Shown here: one piece after another, positions 9,277 through 20,376 of the stretch
Numbering within the stretch: position 1 is the stretch's first letter
Layout: every line of letters begins with the position of its first letter
Origin: Victivallales bacterium
Lineage (GTDB): Bacteria > Verrucomicrobiota > Lentisphaeria > Victivallales > UBA1829
Assembly: GCA_045592785.1 (NCBI GenBank)
Contig: JAZNVL010000038.1
Coordinates: 9,836-73,835 of the forward strand
Length of the DNA stretch: 64,000 nt
Direction of reading: 5' to 3'
The notes under the pieces: model-generated
What the model was told of the DNA's origin: nothing
The model's input: only the letters and a program-made list of their open reading frames with translations
Databases searched by the model: none
Translations under genes and position numbers: made by a program

Positions 9277-10276
9277 GATTGAATTCCTGTTCGATATGTT
9301 TGAGAAGGATCTCTTCGGCATCCTCCACCGATTTCGCAAAAATCGTGCCGCCCGCCGCCATTTCGTGTCCGCCGCCATTGAGACGGCGTGCCACTCTGCC
9401 CACCGAGATCTGCGGATCCTTGGAGCGGAGCGAGATCTTGAAAATGCCGGGGGAGTTTGTCCGTTTGATCAATGCCGCCACCACCAGACCATCGATCCCC
9501 CGCAGGTTTTCAATGAGCTGTTCGGTATTGCGGATGTCAATGGAATACTTTTTCAGCAGTTCCTGTGTGATGGTGAACCATGCCACTCTGCCATCCAGTG
9601 CGGTCCGCAATCCGGAACGGAACAATTCCGCTTCGAACATTGCCATGGGGAATGGCTTGGAGAGGTAAGCACGATCGATGATCCGGGCATGATCTGCGCC
9701 CATTTCGATCAAATCGGCGGCTGCCCGCAACGCGGCAGGTTTCGTATTGGAAAACCGGAAACATCCGGTATCGGTCGTAAGCCCCAGCAGCAGCGAAGTC
9801 GCCGCCCGTTCCGTGATGTTCCATTGTGCCGCCCGGGCGAACTGATACGCAACTTCACAGGCGGAAGATGCGTTGTGATCCACATAACTCAACGTGCCGA
9901 AATGTTCGTTGTCCGGGTGATGATCCAGTGTTACAACGGGGATCGTGATCTCCTCAAAAGAAACGGGGGCGATCCCCAGACGTTTGACGGTGGAGGCATC
10001 CACGTTGAAGATCAGACTGTACCGGCTGTTGACTTCCGACGCGTTGAGGATCTTTTCACATTCACCGGAAAGGAAAGATTCATAACAGTCAGGAACCGGA
10101 TCCTGCAAATACCAGACCGCGCGATACCCGTTGGTGTTCAGCAGTTCCACCATGGCAGTGAAGGAACCGACGGCATCGCCATCGGGCCGTTCGTGGGTGA
10201 TGACCAGGATCTCTTTCTCATTGCTCCGGACCTGTTCCAGTGCGCGGAGGATGTCATGAAAGTTATTCGTCTGCAT
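9257..10276 (-). CDS. nrnA: DHH/DHHA1 phosphoesterase (NrnA-like oligoribonuclease/pAp phosphatase)
   Basis: ITHERPDGDAVGS, LDHHPDN and GGGHEMAAGG motifs. The start was set at ATG 10276 (MQTNNFHDIL), which overlaps the rbfA end by 14 nt. Confidence 0.85.
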   Translation of the reverse strand: MQTNNFHDILRALEQVRSNEKEILVITHERPDGDAVGSFTAMVELLNTNGYRAVWYLQDPVPDCYESFLSGECEKILNASEVNSRYSLIFNVDASTVKRLGIAPVSFEEITIPVVTLDHHPDNEHFGTLSYVDHNASSACEVAYQFARAAQWNITERAATSLLLGLTTDTGCFRFSNTKPAALRAAADLIEMGADHARIIDRAYLSKPFPMAMFEAELFRSGLRTALDGRVAWFTITQELLKKYSIDIRNTEQLIENLRGIDGLVVAALIKRTNSPGIFKISLRSKDPQISVGRVARRLNGGGHEMAAGGTIFAKSVEDAEEILLKHIEQEFNHETQPQ

Positions 10277-10652
10277 TATGTTCCTGCTCCTCAAGTTTCC
10301 GGATAAGAGCAAGGACGCGGTCGCCCTCGGCGATATTGCGGTCCGGACGGAAATGCAGGACGGGAGTATATTTCAGCACGACGACGCGCGAGACGTCTTC
10401 CTGGATCTCGTTTCTTCTGCGGATCAAAGTACGCATCAGGTTTTCCGAGAGTTCCGCACCGAGACAGCTGATATAGACATCGGCAGACTTCAAACCGGGG
10501 GAACATTCCACTTTTGTGACGGAAAGGATCGTACCTTTTTCGTTGATTCCGTGGAGTTCGATCCAGGATGCGATCTCCCGCTTCAACAGTTCATTGACGC
10601 GGGAAACGCGGTCCACAGGGCCTTTTTCCTGATGCCGGGAAGATTTACGCAT
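10263..10652 (-). CDS. rbfA: ribosome-binding factor A
   Basis: RVNELLKREIASWIE-type N-terminus, a size of 129 aa, and a position directly after infB. Confidence 0.9.
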   Translation of the reverse strand: MRKSSRHQEKGPVDRVSRVNELLKREIASWIELHGINEKGTILSVTKVECSPGLKSADVYISCLGAELSENLMRTLIRRRNEIQEDVSRVVVLKYTPVLHFRPDRNIAEGDRVLALIRKLEEQEHNADE

Positions 10653-10665
10653 AAAAGGATCCTCC

Positions 10666-12849
10666 TCAACTGAGGGTGGCTTTTTTCAATTCGATTTCGT
10701 ACAGCTGGATCATATCGCCTTCGGTGAAGTCCATGAAGTTATCCAGTTTGATACCACATTCCAAACCGGCGTGTACTTCTTTGACGTCATCCTGGAACCG
10801 GCGGAGAGAACGGACTTCCCCATTGAAGATCAGTTCGTTTCCGCGGAACACACGGGCTTTCGCACCCACTTTGGCAATGCCTTTTTCCACCATACAACCG
10901 CAGATCTTCGGCCCTTTGGAGAGATGAAAGATCTTCAGGATCTTCACGGTACCCAGATCTTTTTCGCGTTTTTCCGGCGCAAGACGTCCGGTGAGCGCAT
11001 CCTCGATATCTTCCAGAAGTTCGTAAATGATGGAGTACAGACGGATTTCCACCTTTTCCTTTTTCGCCAGATCATTGACCCCGGGATTCACGCGGACGTG
11101 GAACCCGATCACGATGGCACCTGCGGATGCGGCAAGCAGGACGTCGTTTTCCGAAATCGCACCGACACCGGCGTGAAGGACATCCACGCTGATTTTTTCG
11201 GAGGGCAGTTTCTTCAGCGATTCCACAATGGCATCGGCAGAACCGCGCACGTCGGCTTTCACCACCACTTTCAGATTGTTCCGTTCGCCGGTATCCATCT
11301 GGGAGAACAGGTCTTCCAGAGACGTGCCGGGCAGACGGCTGGAAAGCGTTTCTTCCCGGTTGTCCACGGAACGCTGTTCCGCCAGTTCTTTTGCTTCATT
11401 GAGCGTGGCGCAAACAGCCATCCTGGTCCCGGCTTCCGGTACACCGGAAAGTCCGACGACTTTGACGGGGACTGCGGGTGCAGCCTGGGGGATCCGTTTG
11501 CCGCGGAAGTCGATGAGGGAACGGACTTTGCCATAATATTCGCCGCAGATGACCGCATCGCCGACGCGGAGCGTTCCGTTGCGGACGACCACGCTGGCAG
11601 TGGGGCCGAATCCCTGTTCCAGTTCGGATTCCAGCACATACGCCAGGGCAGGGCGCTTCGGGTTCGCTTTGAGTTCCAGCATTTCCGCTTCCAAGAGAAT
11701 TCGTTCCAGCAGATCATCGATCCCTTCGCCGGTACGGGCAGAGACGCGGATCGCCGCAACTTCACCGCCCCAGTCTTCACTCATAAGGTTGTTCTGCTGC
11801 ATGTGAAGAAGGACTTTATCCGGGTTTGCACCGGGCAGGTCCATCTTGTTGATGGCAACGATGATCGGCACACCTGCCGCTTTCGCATGGTTCATGGCTT
11901 CCACAGTCTGGGGCATGAACCCGTCGTCTGCGGCAACGACCAGCACAACGATATCGGTCACATTAGCACCGCGGGCACGCATCTGTGTGAATGCTTCGTG
12001 TCCGGGGGTATCCACAAAGGTGATGGTCTTGCCGTTGATATTGACAACGGAAGCCCCGATATGCTGGGTGATCCCGCCGGCTTCGCCAGCTGCCACCCGG
12101 GTCTTGCGGATGGTATCCTGCAGAGACGTCTTACCATGGTCCACATGTCCCATGAAGGTGACGATGGGAGATCTTGTGCAGATATCCGCGGGTGCATCAT
12201 CATATTCTTTATCTTCGGGTGCGATATTTTCATCACCGTCTTCGTCTTTTCCGGATTTTTTGCCGCCTTCATCCAGGATGAGAGTGATCCCTTCCTGTTC
12301 TGCCACTTTTTTCGCGACTTCAAAGTCCACCGTCTGATTGATGCTTGCCAATACGTTCATCATCATGAGAGCGGTGATGACTTCATTGGGTTTTTTGCCC
12401 AATGCTTCGGCAAGGTTCTTCACGATCAACGGGGTTTTGACCGAGACTTCCCGGGGGGCGTCATCCGCAACCGAGGCGGAAACGTTATTCCGTTCGGCAT
12501 TGCCGCTGTTCTTGTTCTTGCCGCGATTGCGTTCTCTGAACCGTTCATTGTCTTCGTCGCGCTTTTTGCCTTTTGCGGCGCCGGAGGAGGACTTGATTTT
12601 TTCCTTTCCGCCGGTTTCTTCCAAATCGTCATAATCATCGGCGATGGAGCGGGATTCTTCTTTCGGTTTGACCTTTCCGGTCAGTTCATCGAAATATGCA
12701 GCGATGAGTTCCAAATCTTCGGGGGGAATGTTGCTCGTTGCAGTCCGGATCAATGTAAACCCCTGGGCAGCCAGTTCCTTCAACACTTCTTTTGACGTCA
12801 TGCCGTAAAGATCGGCAAACGCCTTGACATTCATTTTCTTCTTTTCCAT
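10666..12849 (-). CDS. infB: translation initiation factor IF-2
   Basis: G-domain motifs [18 protein letters not shown] and NKMD, a charged N-terminal region, and a GGAGG RBS. Confidence 0.96.
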   Translation of the reverse strand: MEKKKMNVKAFADLYGMTSKEVLKELAAQGFTLIRTATSNIPPEDLELIAAYFDELTGKVKPKEESRSIADDYDDLEETGGKEKIKSSSGAAKGKKRDEDNERFRERNRGKNKNSGNAERNNVSASVADDAPREVSVKTPLIVKNLAEALGKKPNEVITALMMMNVLASINQTVDFEVAKKVAEQEGITLILDEGGKKSGKDEDGDENIAPEDKEYDDAPADICTRSPIVTFMGHVDHGKTSLQDTIRKTRVAAGEAGGITQHIGASVVNINGKTITFVDTPGHEAFTQMRARGANVTDIVVLVVAADDGFMPQTVEAMNHAKAAGVPIIVAINKMDLPGANPDKVLLHMQQNNLMSEDWGGEVAAIRVSARTGEGIDDLLERILLEAEMLELKANPKRPALAYVLESELEQGFGPTASVVVRNGTLRVGDAVICGEYYGKVRSLIDFRGKRIPQAAPAVPVKVVGLSGVPEAGTRMAVCATLNEAKELAEQRSVDNREETLSSRLPGTSLEDLFSQMDTGERNNLKVVVKADVRGSADAIVESLKKLPSEKISVDVLHAGVGAISENDVLLAASAGAIVIGFHVRVNPGVNDLAKKEKVEIRLYSIIYELLEDIEDALTGRLAPEKREKDLGTVKILKIFHLSKGPKICGCMVEKGIAKVGAKARVFRGNELIFNGEVRSLRRFQDDVKEVHAGLECGIKLDNFMDFTEGDMIQLYEIELKKATLS

Positions 12850-12900
12850 AATCTTGTATTACCTCCGGGGGGTTATTGCACACATCCGGGACAGCCGATC

Positions 12901-14139
12901 TTACGCGTTCCGGGCGTCCTCGATGGCATCCAGGGTATCGTCAGAAAGTTCTTTGATGGCATTCAGATCTTCGATGTCGGCATTCATGACGTCATCCATG
13001 GTAAGATAACCGTTATCCACCAGAACAGCGGCCTGTTCATCGTCGATTTTCAATGCAGCGGAAAGAGTCAGGATCGCGGCCTTTTTCTGTTTTTCGAACA
13101 CTTCTTTTTCATCCTGCGGGGTATCCGTCACGATGCTGATCGTCCAACCGATGAGCTTCTGTGCCAGACGCACGTTCTGCGCTTTTTTGCCGAATGCCAG
13201 ACGGGAGTTTTCTTCATCCACATACACCGTGTACCGTTTGTGAACGCGGTCTTCCTCCATGCGGAGGATCTTCGCCGGCCGCATGGCGTTTACCAGATAA
13301 GTATGCGGGTTCTCATCATAAGCGATGACATCCACCCGTTCTCCCAGTTCGTCGGTGATGTTCCGGACACGGAGACCGCGGAGTCCGATACATGCGCTTA
13401 CAGCATCCACTCTGGGATCTGAACTGTATACAGCGATTTTAGTACGAACGCCGGCTTCGCGTGCGATCCCTCTGATTTCCACGATGCCGTCATGGATTTC
13501 GGAAACTTCGCGTTCGAACAGTTTCTGAACGAACTTGGGAGACTTGCGGGACAGGACCAGGCTTGCGCCTTTCTTTTCTTCATTGAGTTTCAGCAGAAGC
13601 GCATTCACATGGTCACCGGTATGATAATTTTCACCGGGGATCTTTTCATCGGCGGAAAGAACCCCGTCTGTTTTGGGGAAGTCCACGATGATATCGCCGT
13701 TTTCATTGCGGCGGCGGACGGTCCCGCTGACGATTTCGCCGACCAGGTCGGTGAATTCGTTCCGTGCCTGTGCGCGTTCGGCATCCCGGAGTTGTTGTGC
13801 GATGGCATCTTTCGCTGCTCTGGCAGAGATACGGCCGAAATCGCTGGGTGTTACTTCCCATTCCACGATATCGCCGACCTGCACGTTCGGCATTTTGACT
13901 TTGGCGTCGCTGTAAGAGATCTGGTCTTTATCAGCGATCCCATCCACGACCAAGAGTTTTGCCCATGCCTGAATAGCTCCGGTTTTGCGGTCCATGCGCA
14001 CCGTCAGATCATTTGCCTTGTGAATCCCGGAACGTGCAGCTGCAAGAATCGCTTCTTCCACTGCCTTCATCAGCTGTTCTTTGCTGATTCCGCGTTCCTG
14101 TTCAATGCTTTCCAATATCGCGACCAATCCACTACTCAT
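12901..14139 (-). CDS. nusA: transcription termination/antitermination factor NusA
   Basis: LVAILESIEQERGISKEQLMKAVEEAILAAAR N-terminus with S1/KH-like blocks. The start was set at ATG 14139 (MSSGL...) after a GGAG. Confidence 0.93.
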   Translation of the reverse strand: MSSGLVAILESIEQERGISKEQLMKAVEEAILAAARSGIHKANDLTVRMDRKTGAIQAWAKLLVVDGIADKDQISYSDAKVKMPNVQVGDIVEWEVTPSDFGRISARAAKDAIAQQLRDAERAQARNEFTDLVGEIVSGTVRRRNENGDIIVDFPKTDGVLSADEKIPGENYHTGDHVNALLLKLNEEKKGASLVLSRKSPKFVQKLFEREVSEIHDGIVEIRGIAREAGVRTKIAVYSSDPRVDAVSACIGLRGLRVRNITDELGERVDVIAYDENPHTYLVNAMRPAKILRMEEDRVHKRYTVYVDEENSRLAFGKKAQNVRLAQKLIGWTISIVTDTPQDEKEVFEKQKKAAILTLSAALKIDDEQAAVLVDNGYLTMDDVMNADIEDLNAIKELSDDTLDAIEDARNA

Positions 14140-14372
14140 GTTGCACACTCCGCCGTTCCCGGATACCTGACATCCGCTGTTCTCTATAAACACAAAAACA
14201 TGCCGTAATGATACGAAAAAACAGACGTGGCAGCGTGAACTGTCCGCCTATTTTCTGTCATCTTACAGCCTGACAATTACCATAACATACAACATTCCAC
14301 GGAAATTTCAACCGAAAAGATCATTTTTTTTCAAGTTTTTTCTTATATATTGCACTTTCCGCATTTTTTTAC

Positions 14373-14401
14373 TTGACTTTTTTATCATGATGCGATAGAT
14401 T
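14373..14401 (+). promoter_or_regulatory. sigma-70-type promoter candidate, TTGACT-N17-TAGATT
   Basis: TTGACT at 14373-14378, a 17-nt spacer, then TAGATT at 14396-14401. It sits ~35 nt upstream of the GTG start of the sigma factor gene in an AT-rich intergenic region. Confidence 0.45.
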
Positions 14402-14435
14402 ACATCAGTTTTAATCGCAAAACAAGGATCAAGCC

Positions 14436-15764
14436 GTGGCTGATAATTCCAACGAAACGACCAAAACTGAAACACCAGGCAGTAAATCTTATCCGGATTC
14501 GGAGTCTCTGCTGATCTATTACAAACAGCTCGCTGACAGTGAACCGTTGTCTGCCGCTGATGAATCGGCTTTATGGCAGAAACTGCATATCCACAACGAA
14601 GCGATCCGGATGATCTTCGGTCGTTTCGCTTATATTATGGCAGAGCATATCCGGATCTTCCGCAATGTGGCTCCCGAAGATGTTACAGAACATTTCAATC
14701 TCGGAAGAAGCAGTAACGGACAATATCCCATCGCCGAACTCTCCGCCCATACCCGGGCAATGGAAGAACTCACCGGAAAACTCGAAGCCGCGTTCCGGAA
14801 GAAAAATACCCGGTCCCTGCGGAAATTGCGGCAGGATGCCGCCGCACTGTTGGCCCGGTTCCCCGCCCATGTCAACAAGCTTTACGAATGGCAGAGTGTG
14901 GCAAATGCGTTCCGCAACCGGTTGAATGCCGCAGAGACCACACAGGAGGAACGGGATGTTATCTGTCAATCGCTTCTCCTTGATGAAACCGAATTTCTTG
15001 CCTCCATGGAAGAATTGGATCAGGCGTTTCAGAATATGGATGAAGTAAGACAGCAGATCCTGACAGCCAATCTCCGGCTCGTTGTCAGTATCGTGCAGCA
15101 TTTCCGGTGCAATAACATACAGACAGGGGACCTGATCCAGGAAGGAAATCTGGGGCTGATACACGCAATGGAACGGTTCGATTATACTTTGGGACACCGT
15201 TTCGCCACTTATGCAACATGGTGGATTAAACGCAGTATCACCAATGCCATCGCCGCTCAATCCCGGATCATTCGTCTGCCCGCTCACATGCTCAGCGCGA
15301 TTTCCCGCATCAATCGGGCTGAACGCAATTTCATTCAGGATCACGGGCGGATACCTGAAGTCGAAGAACTTGCCGCCGTCCTCGAAATGCCCAGAGAACG
15401 GGTCAACGCCATCCGGAAAATGGCGGCGCAGGCGATCTCCATCCATGCCCCCGTTTCCCATGATCTGGATGCTCCCGAGATCGAACAGTTCCTCTGCGAT
15501 GAAAATGATGATGGCCCCGTGCGGCAGTTGGCGTTCCGTTTCCTGAAAGACCGGCTGGGACAGGCGTTGGAGCATCTGACGGAACGGGAACGTCAGATCA
15601 TCAAGTTGCGGTTCGGACTTTCCGGCAACCGGGCATTGAGTCTCAACGAACTCAGTGAAGTCTTCGGCTTGACCCGGGAACGTGTCCGGCAGCTGGAAAT
15701 GCGTGCATTGCGTAAACTGCGTGACCCGAAGATGTCCGATTATTTTCAGGATTATTTCCTGTGA
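14436..15764 (+). CDS. RNA polymerase sigma factor, sigma-70 family (RpoD-like group 1/2)
   Basis: Region 2 (DLIQEGNLGLIHAMERFDYTLGHRFATYATWWIKRSITNAI), RIIRLPAHM, and region 4.2 (LTRERVRQLEMRALRKLRDP). GTG start with an AAGGA RBS 7 nt upstream. Confidence 0.9.
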   Translation: MADNSNETTKTETPGSKSYPDSESLLIYYKQLADSEPLSAADESALWQKLHIHNEAIRMIFGRFAYIMAEHIRIFRNVAPEDVTEHFNLGRSSNGQYPIAELSAHTRAMEELTGKLEAAFRKKNTRSLRKLRQDAAALLARFPAHVNKLYEWQSVANAFRNRLNAAETTQEERDVICQSLLLDETEFLASMEELDQAFQNMDEVRQQILTANLRLVVSIVQHFRCNNIQTGDLIQEGNLGLIHAMERFDYTLGHRFATYATWWIKRSITNAIAAQSRIIRLPAHMLSAISRINRAERNFIQDHGRIPEVEELAAVLEMPRERVNAIRKMAAQAISIHAPVSHDLDAPEIEQFLCDENDDGPVRQLAFRFLKDRLGQALEHLTERERQIIKLRFGLSGNRALSLNELSEVFGLTRERVRQLEMRALRKLRDPKMSDYFQDYFL

Positions 15765-15814
15765 TATATTTTTTATAAATCAGTGCCATCGTTAGCAGAA
15801 AGGAATATAACGTC

Positions 15815-17122
15815 ATGGATAAGTTGAAACGCTGTAAACCATTGGACTTCCCCGTCAAAGCATTGCAATTCGGGTCCGGTAATTTCCTCCGCGCATTCGT
15901 GGATTGGATGCTCCACCGGATGAATCAGAACGGGACTTTTCAGGGATCGGTGCGGATCATTCAATCAATGTCCTCCCGGACCGGTGAAATGATCAACGCC
16001 CAGGATGGATTGTTCCATGTGATCCGGCGCGGGGTGGAAAACGGCGAAAAACGGGACGAAATGGAATTGATCGAAAGTGTGGAAAGCTGTATCAATGCCG
16101 TATCGGACCGGGAACAGATGAGACAGAGTGCGCTTCTCCCGGAATTGCGTTTCGTCTTTTCCAATACCACCGAAGCCGGGATCGAATACCGTCCCGATGC
16201 CGATACCTTCCCCGCAAAAGTCGCAGAAATCGTTACTGTACGTTGTCATGCCGGACTGCCGGGGCTGATCTTCATCCCCTGCGAACTCATTGAGCGGAAC
16301 GGGGAAATTCTCAAAGAATGTACGCTGAAATACATTACCGATCCTGCTGTCCGGAACTATGTGGAAACAAAATGTATTTTCTGTAATACGCTGGTGGATC
16401 GTATCGTTTCCGGGTTCCCGAAAGGGGAGGTGGAACGCTATTGGGCGCAGGCAGGCGTGGAGGATGATCTGCTCACCTGTTGTGAACCGTTCTTCTTTTT
16501 CGTGATTGAGGCTCCGGAACAAGTCCGCAAGGAACTGCCCGCGGATGCCTGCGGACTCAATGTTCTGTTCACGGACGATCTGACACCGTACCGGACCCGG
16601 AAAGTCCGTTTTCTCAACGGCGCCCACACCTCCACCGTTCTGGGTGCGCACATGGCAGGTATGACGTTTGTGGATGAGATGGTGCGCGATGAGGTTTTCG
16701 GCGGAATCCTGCGGACCATTCTTTTTGAGGAAGTGTTGCCCACAGTGGCATTGCCGGACGATGAAAAACGAGCCTATGCGGAATCGGTACTGGAACGGTT
16801 TTCCAATCCGTTCGCCAATCACCGGCTGCTTTCCATTGCGCTCAATTCCGTTTCCAAATGGAAGGTGCGCGTTCTGCCCACCATTCTGGATTATGTGAAA
16901 ATCAAAGGCGAACTGCCGGAACATCTCACATTGTCCATGGCGTATCTCATCGACTTCTACCGGACTTGTGAGATTCAGGATTCCCCCGATGCGGTTGCGT
17001 TCTTCGCCGCGAAACCGACGGTGGAAGCGATCCTGGGCAATATCTCATTCTGGGGAATGGATCTGAACACGATCCCCGGATTCACCCGGAAAGTCAGAGA
17101 GGGAGTCAAAACAGAACAATGA
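15815..17122 (+). CDS. uxaB: tagaturonate reductase (altronate oxidoreductase), mannitol dehydrogenase family
   Basis: LQFGSGNFLRAFVDWM N-terminal motif, a size of 435 aa, and a 4-nt overlap with uxaA. Confidence 0.85.
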   Translation: MDKLKRCKPLDFPVKALQFGSGNFLRAFVDWMLHRMNQNGTFQGSVRIIQSMSSRTGEMINAQDGLFHVIRRGVENGEKRDEMELIESVESCINAVSDREQMRQSALLPELRFVFSNTTEAGIEYRPDADTFPAKVAEIVTVRCHAGLPGLIFIPCELIERNGEILKECTLKYITDPAVRNYVETKCIFCNTLVDRIVSGFPKGEVERYWAQAGVEDDLLTCCEPFFFFVIEAPEQVRKELPADACGLNVLFTDDLTPYRTRKVRFLNGAHTSTVLGAHMAGMTFVDEMVRDEVFGGILRTILFEEVLPTVALPDDEKRAYAESVLERFSNPFANHRLLSIALNSVSKWKVRVLPTILDYVKIKGELPEHLTLSMAYLIDFYRTCEIQDSPDAVAFFAAKPTVEAILGNISFWGMDLNTIPGFTRKVREGVKTEQ

Positions 17123-18468
17123 TCATTCACCCCGACGATAATGTGGAAGTCCGCGACGACGGACACAAGTATGCGCTCCGTGCCATTGCGGCTCATGAGA
17201 ACGTGATCAAATACGGTATGCCCATCGGACATGCAACGCAAGCCATCGTCGCCGGTGAGCACGTCCACACCCATAACCTCGCCACCAATCTCTCCGGACT
17301 TCTGGAATATGCCTGGGAGGGCGGTATGGCTCCGCAGCAGACGTTATGCACTGAAACCTTCCAGGGCTTCCGGCGTCCGGATGGACAGGTGGGGATCCGC
17401 AATGACATCTGGATCGTGCCTACCGTGGGCTGTGTCAATGGGCTTGTGAACCGTCTTGCTGCAGCCACGGGTGCGATCCCGCTGTGTCATCCCTACGGCT
17501 GTTCTCAGATGGGCGGTGATCACGAAATGACAGCAGATCTCCTGGCGGCATTGGTCCGGAATCCCAATGCGGGCGGCGTGCTGGTGATCGGACTGGGTTG
17601 TGAAAACAATACGCTTGCCTCTTTCCGGGAACGGCTGGGGGATGTTTCTCTGTTGAATATCCGGTTCATGACGGCGCAGGAAGAGGAAGATGAATACGTC
17701 AAAGCTCTTGCATTGATCCGCGAACTGGAAGCGGCGCGGGTCACAACCCGTACCACGGTTCCCGTCTCCGAATTGAAAGTCGGGTTGAAATGCGGCGGCT
17801 CCGATGGCTTTTCCGGCTTGACCGCCAATCCGTTGTGCGGTAGATTTTCCGATTGGATCACGGCGCAGGGCGGGACCGCTGCATTGACGGAAGTCCCGGA
17901 GATGTTCGGGGCGGAAACGCTTCTGATGAAACGCGCGGTGTCGGAATCCGTGTTCCGTGATTGCGTGAAAATGATCAATGACTTCAAACAGTATTACGAA
18001 GATCATCATCAGGTGATCTATGAAAACCCGTCGCCGGGTAACAAAGCGGGCGGGATCACGACGTTGGAAGAAAAATCCCTGGGGTGTGTGCAGAAGGGCG
18101 GGACCAGTCCCGTTACCGCGGTACTGCCTTATGCCGCAAGACTCCATACGCCCGGATTGAATCTGGTCACCGGACCCGGCAATGATATCGTAGCCTGTAC
18201 GGTCCTGGCGGCGGCGGGGTGTCACATGATCCTGTTCACCACCGGCAGAGGCAATCCCATGGGATCCGTGATCCCCACGGTGAAGATCGCCACCAATCAG
18301 GTGTTGGCGGAAAAGAAGGCAAACTGGATCGACTGGGATGCGCAAAGTCATCCGGAAACGGCGGAATTCGTGCAGTATGTCCTTGCTGTTGCCAATGGAA
18401 AAGAAACGGCGAGTGAACGGTTCGGTGACCGTCAGATCGCCATATTTAAAGATGGTGTCACACTTTGA
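17119..18468 (+). CDS. uxaA: altronate dehydratase (UxaA family)
   Basis: SAF-like N-terminus, followed by GFRRPDGQVGIRNDIWIVPTVGCVN and the conserved C-terminal UxaA region. Confidence 0.85.
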   Translation: MIIHPDDNVEVRDDGHKYALRAIAAHENVIKYGMPIGHATQAIVAGEHVHTHNLATNLSGLLEYAWEGGMAPQQTLCTETFQGFRRPDGQVGIRNDIWIVPTVGCVNGLVNRLAAATGAIPLCHPYGCSQMGGDHEMTADLLAALVRNPNAGGVLVIGLGCENNTLASFRERLGDVSLLNIRFMTAQEEEDEYVKALALIRELEAARVTTRTTVPVSELKVGLKCGGSDGFSGLTANPLCGRFSDWITAQGGTAALTEVPEMFGAETLLMKRAVSESVFRDCVKMINDFKQYYEDHHQVIYENPSPGNKAGGITTLEEKSLGCVQKGGTSPVTAVLPYAARLHTPGLNLVTGPGNDIVACTVLAAAGCHMILFTTGRGNPMGSVIPTVKIATNQVLAEKKANWIDWDAQSHPETAEFVQYVLAVANGKETASERFGDRQIAIFKDGVTL

Positions 18469-18483
18469 TGCGGAGGGTATGAT

Positions 18484-19446
18484 ATGATCACATTGAAACA
18501 ATTGGCGGAACTCTCCGGCTATTCGGTGCGGACGGTACAGCGTGTGCTGACCGGACAGGCTCATGTCATGCCGGAAAAACGGGAACGTATTCTTGCGCTT
18601 GCGAAACAGCATCAGTATGTGCCGAATATGGCGGCGCGGAGTCTCCGGCTGCAGAAAAAGAATTTTGTCGGTATCGTATTTGAAGACTTCAATATCAGTG
18701 CTTCGGTCCATAAACTGAATTGTCTGGATTCTCTCCTTGTTGAAAACGGGTATTTCCCCATGTTGGGGAATATCGGCGAACAGAATGGATTCCCCATCGA
18801 ACAACTCCTGGCAAACTGGGCAGGTGTCACCGATTATGTGGTGGTCTTCGGCGGTCTGACAAGAAATACCGGGGACCGGTTCCGCAATTATGTGGAACGT
18901 TATCCCATGAAGTTCATTTTTGTGGATGCGGGGACCGATGATCTTGGCGTCTCCATCAACGTGGACCGGTCCGGCAGTGTGTATGATATGATCGTCAAAC
19001 TGGATGCCATGGGATACCGGCATTTGCTGTATTGCGGTTCATTGGAGACCCGGAAAAAGGGCGTGAAAAAAGCGGAAGAAGATTCCGGAATCAAAATGAG
19101 GATCTCCCGGATCCAGATGCCTGAAAAAGAATTCTCCGCCGGGGAGAAGATCGGTGATGCCGTAATGGCTTCCGGCGCGGATGTCGTCTTCTTCGATACC
19201 GACCGCCAGGCTTGCGGATTTTACCGTTACGCCGCAAAACATCATGTGGAGATCCCCGGGCAGATCGCCGTCGTCGGATTCGACAACGATCCGTTTGCGG
19301 ATCTGCTCAATCCGCCCCTTGCCACCCTGGCTCACCCGGCACAGGAACTGGCGCAGGAAGTTCTGGAAGTCATCCGGACCGGAACCCCGGCGGAACGCAA
19401 GCCGTTGAAAATGCGTTTTCTCCCCCGCGAATCGGTCAGCCGGTGA
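18484..19446 (+). CDS. LacI family transcriptional regulator
   Basis: N-terminal HTH (ITLKQLAELSGYSVRTVQRVLTG) plus a periplasmic-binding-like sugar domain. Confidence 0.88.
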   Translation: MITLKQLAELSGYSVRTVQRVLTGQAHVMPEKRERILALAKQHQYVPNMAARSLRLQKKNFVGIVFEDFNISASVHKLNCLDSLLVENGYFPMLGNIGEQNGFPIEQLLANWAGVTDYVVVFGGLTRNTGDRFRNYVERYPMKFIFVDAGTDDLGVSINVDRSGSVYDMIVKLDAMGYRHLLYCGSLETRKKGVKKAEEDSGIKMRISRIQMPEKEFSAGEKIGDAVMASGADVVFFDTDRQACGFYRYAAKHHVEIPGQIAVVGFDNDPFADLLNPPLATLAHPAQELAQEVLEVIRTGTPAERKPLKMRFLPRESVSR

Positions 19447-19475
19447 TTTTTTTCGAAAAAATCCACTGCGGAAAG

Positions 19476-19503
19476 TTGATTTTTCCGGATCACAGTTTAT
19501 ACT
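19476..19503 (+). promoter_or_regulatory. sigma-70-type promoter candidate, TTGATT-N16-TATACT
   Basis: Hexamers at 19476-19481 and 19498-19503, ~40 nt upstream of the esterase ATG. Confidence 0.4.
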
Positions 19504-19542
19504 ATTGCATATACGCTAATCGAAACGAAAGGATATAGTATT

Positions 19543-20349
19543 ATGCGTTTCCCTGATAACGAACCCATTCCCCTGTGGAATGGTCCTGCCCCGATGGCAA
19601 TGGGGGATTCCCCCCAGGATATTCCCACCATTACCGCATTTTACCCCCGTGAATGGAAACGGAACGGGAAAGCCGTGATCGTATTCCCCGGCGGCGGATA
19701 CTGTAATCTGACCGCACACGAAGGCGATCCTTTTGCCATCTGGCTGGCAGAAAACGGGTTCACCGCATTCGTCTGCCGTTACCGGATCTGCAAAGGGGAT
19801 CGCAAATACCACCATCCCGTCATGCTTTCCGATGCGCTCCGTGCCATCCGTATGGTCCGGTATCATGCTGCCGATATGAAGATCCGCCCGGATATGATCG
19901 GGGCGATCGGCGGTTCCGCAGGAGCTCATCTTGCAGGCTGCTGCGGAAATCTTCATGAAATGGGACTCCGTCAGGAAGGCGAGCCCGAAGAAACCGTCTC
20001 CGGACGTCCCGATTTCCTTGTTCTGTGTTATCCCGCCACCAGTTATTGCGAACCGTACCGTCACGAAGGTTCCGGCTTGAACCTGTACGGCGCCGATGCG
20101 GATCCGGAAACGATCCGGCTGCTTTCTCTGGAAAAGACGGCGACTGCCGATACACCCCAGACGTTCCTGTGGCACACCTGGACCGATCCCGATGTCAAGG
20201 TGATGAATTCCATTGCCTATGCGGCGCGTTTGACGGAATTGGGCGTACGCTGTGAACTTCACGTCTACGGGCGCGACGGACACGGCATCGGTCTGGCGGA
20301 CGGGCACCCCTGGACTACCGAATGTCTCCGGTTCCTGAACGAACTGTAA
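19543..20349 (+). CDS. alpha/beta hydrolase (carbohydrate/acetyl esterase-like)
   Basis: VIVFPGGGY oxyanion-type motif, GGSAGAHLA nucleophile elbow (GxSxG), a C-terminal His region, and an AAAGGA RBS. Confidence 0.8.
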   Translation: MRFPDNEPIPLWNGPAPMAMGDSPQDIPTITAFYPREWKRNGKAVIVFPGGGYCNLTAHEGDPFAIWLAENGFTAFVCRYRICKGDRKYHHPVMLSDALRAIRMVRYHAADMKIRPDMIGAIGGSAGAHLAGCCGNLHEMGLRQEGEPEETVSGRPDFLVLCYPATSYCEPYRHEGSGLNLYGADADPETIRLLSLEKTATADTPQTFLWHTWTDPDVKVMNSIAYAARLTELGVRCELHVYGRDGHGIGLADGHPWTTECLRFLNEL

Positions 20350-20376
20350 GTATTATAATGTAAAAAGGGGAGGGGA

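Noticed and set aside
10771-12795. A 674-aa plus-strand ORF opposite infB. Similar cases are 17344-19023, 45364-46836, 38239-39582, 36417-37646, 52339-53568, 9074-10306 and 4828-5787.
   Set aside because: All are mirror ORFs of genes with unambiguous conserved motifs on the other strand. They share the same codon-aligned geometry and have no independent start signals.
19446-19464. A near-perfect AT palindrome, GATTTTTTTCGAAAAAATC, right after the lacI-family stop codon.
   Set aside because: The stem would be almost entirely A-T pairs with a 2-nt centre, which is too weak for a convincing terminator. It is more likely chance low-complexity sequence in an AT-rich spacer.
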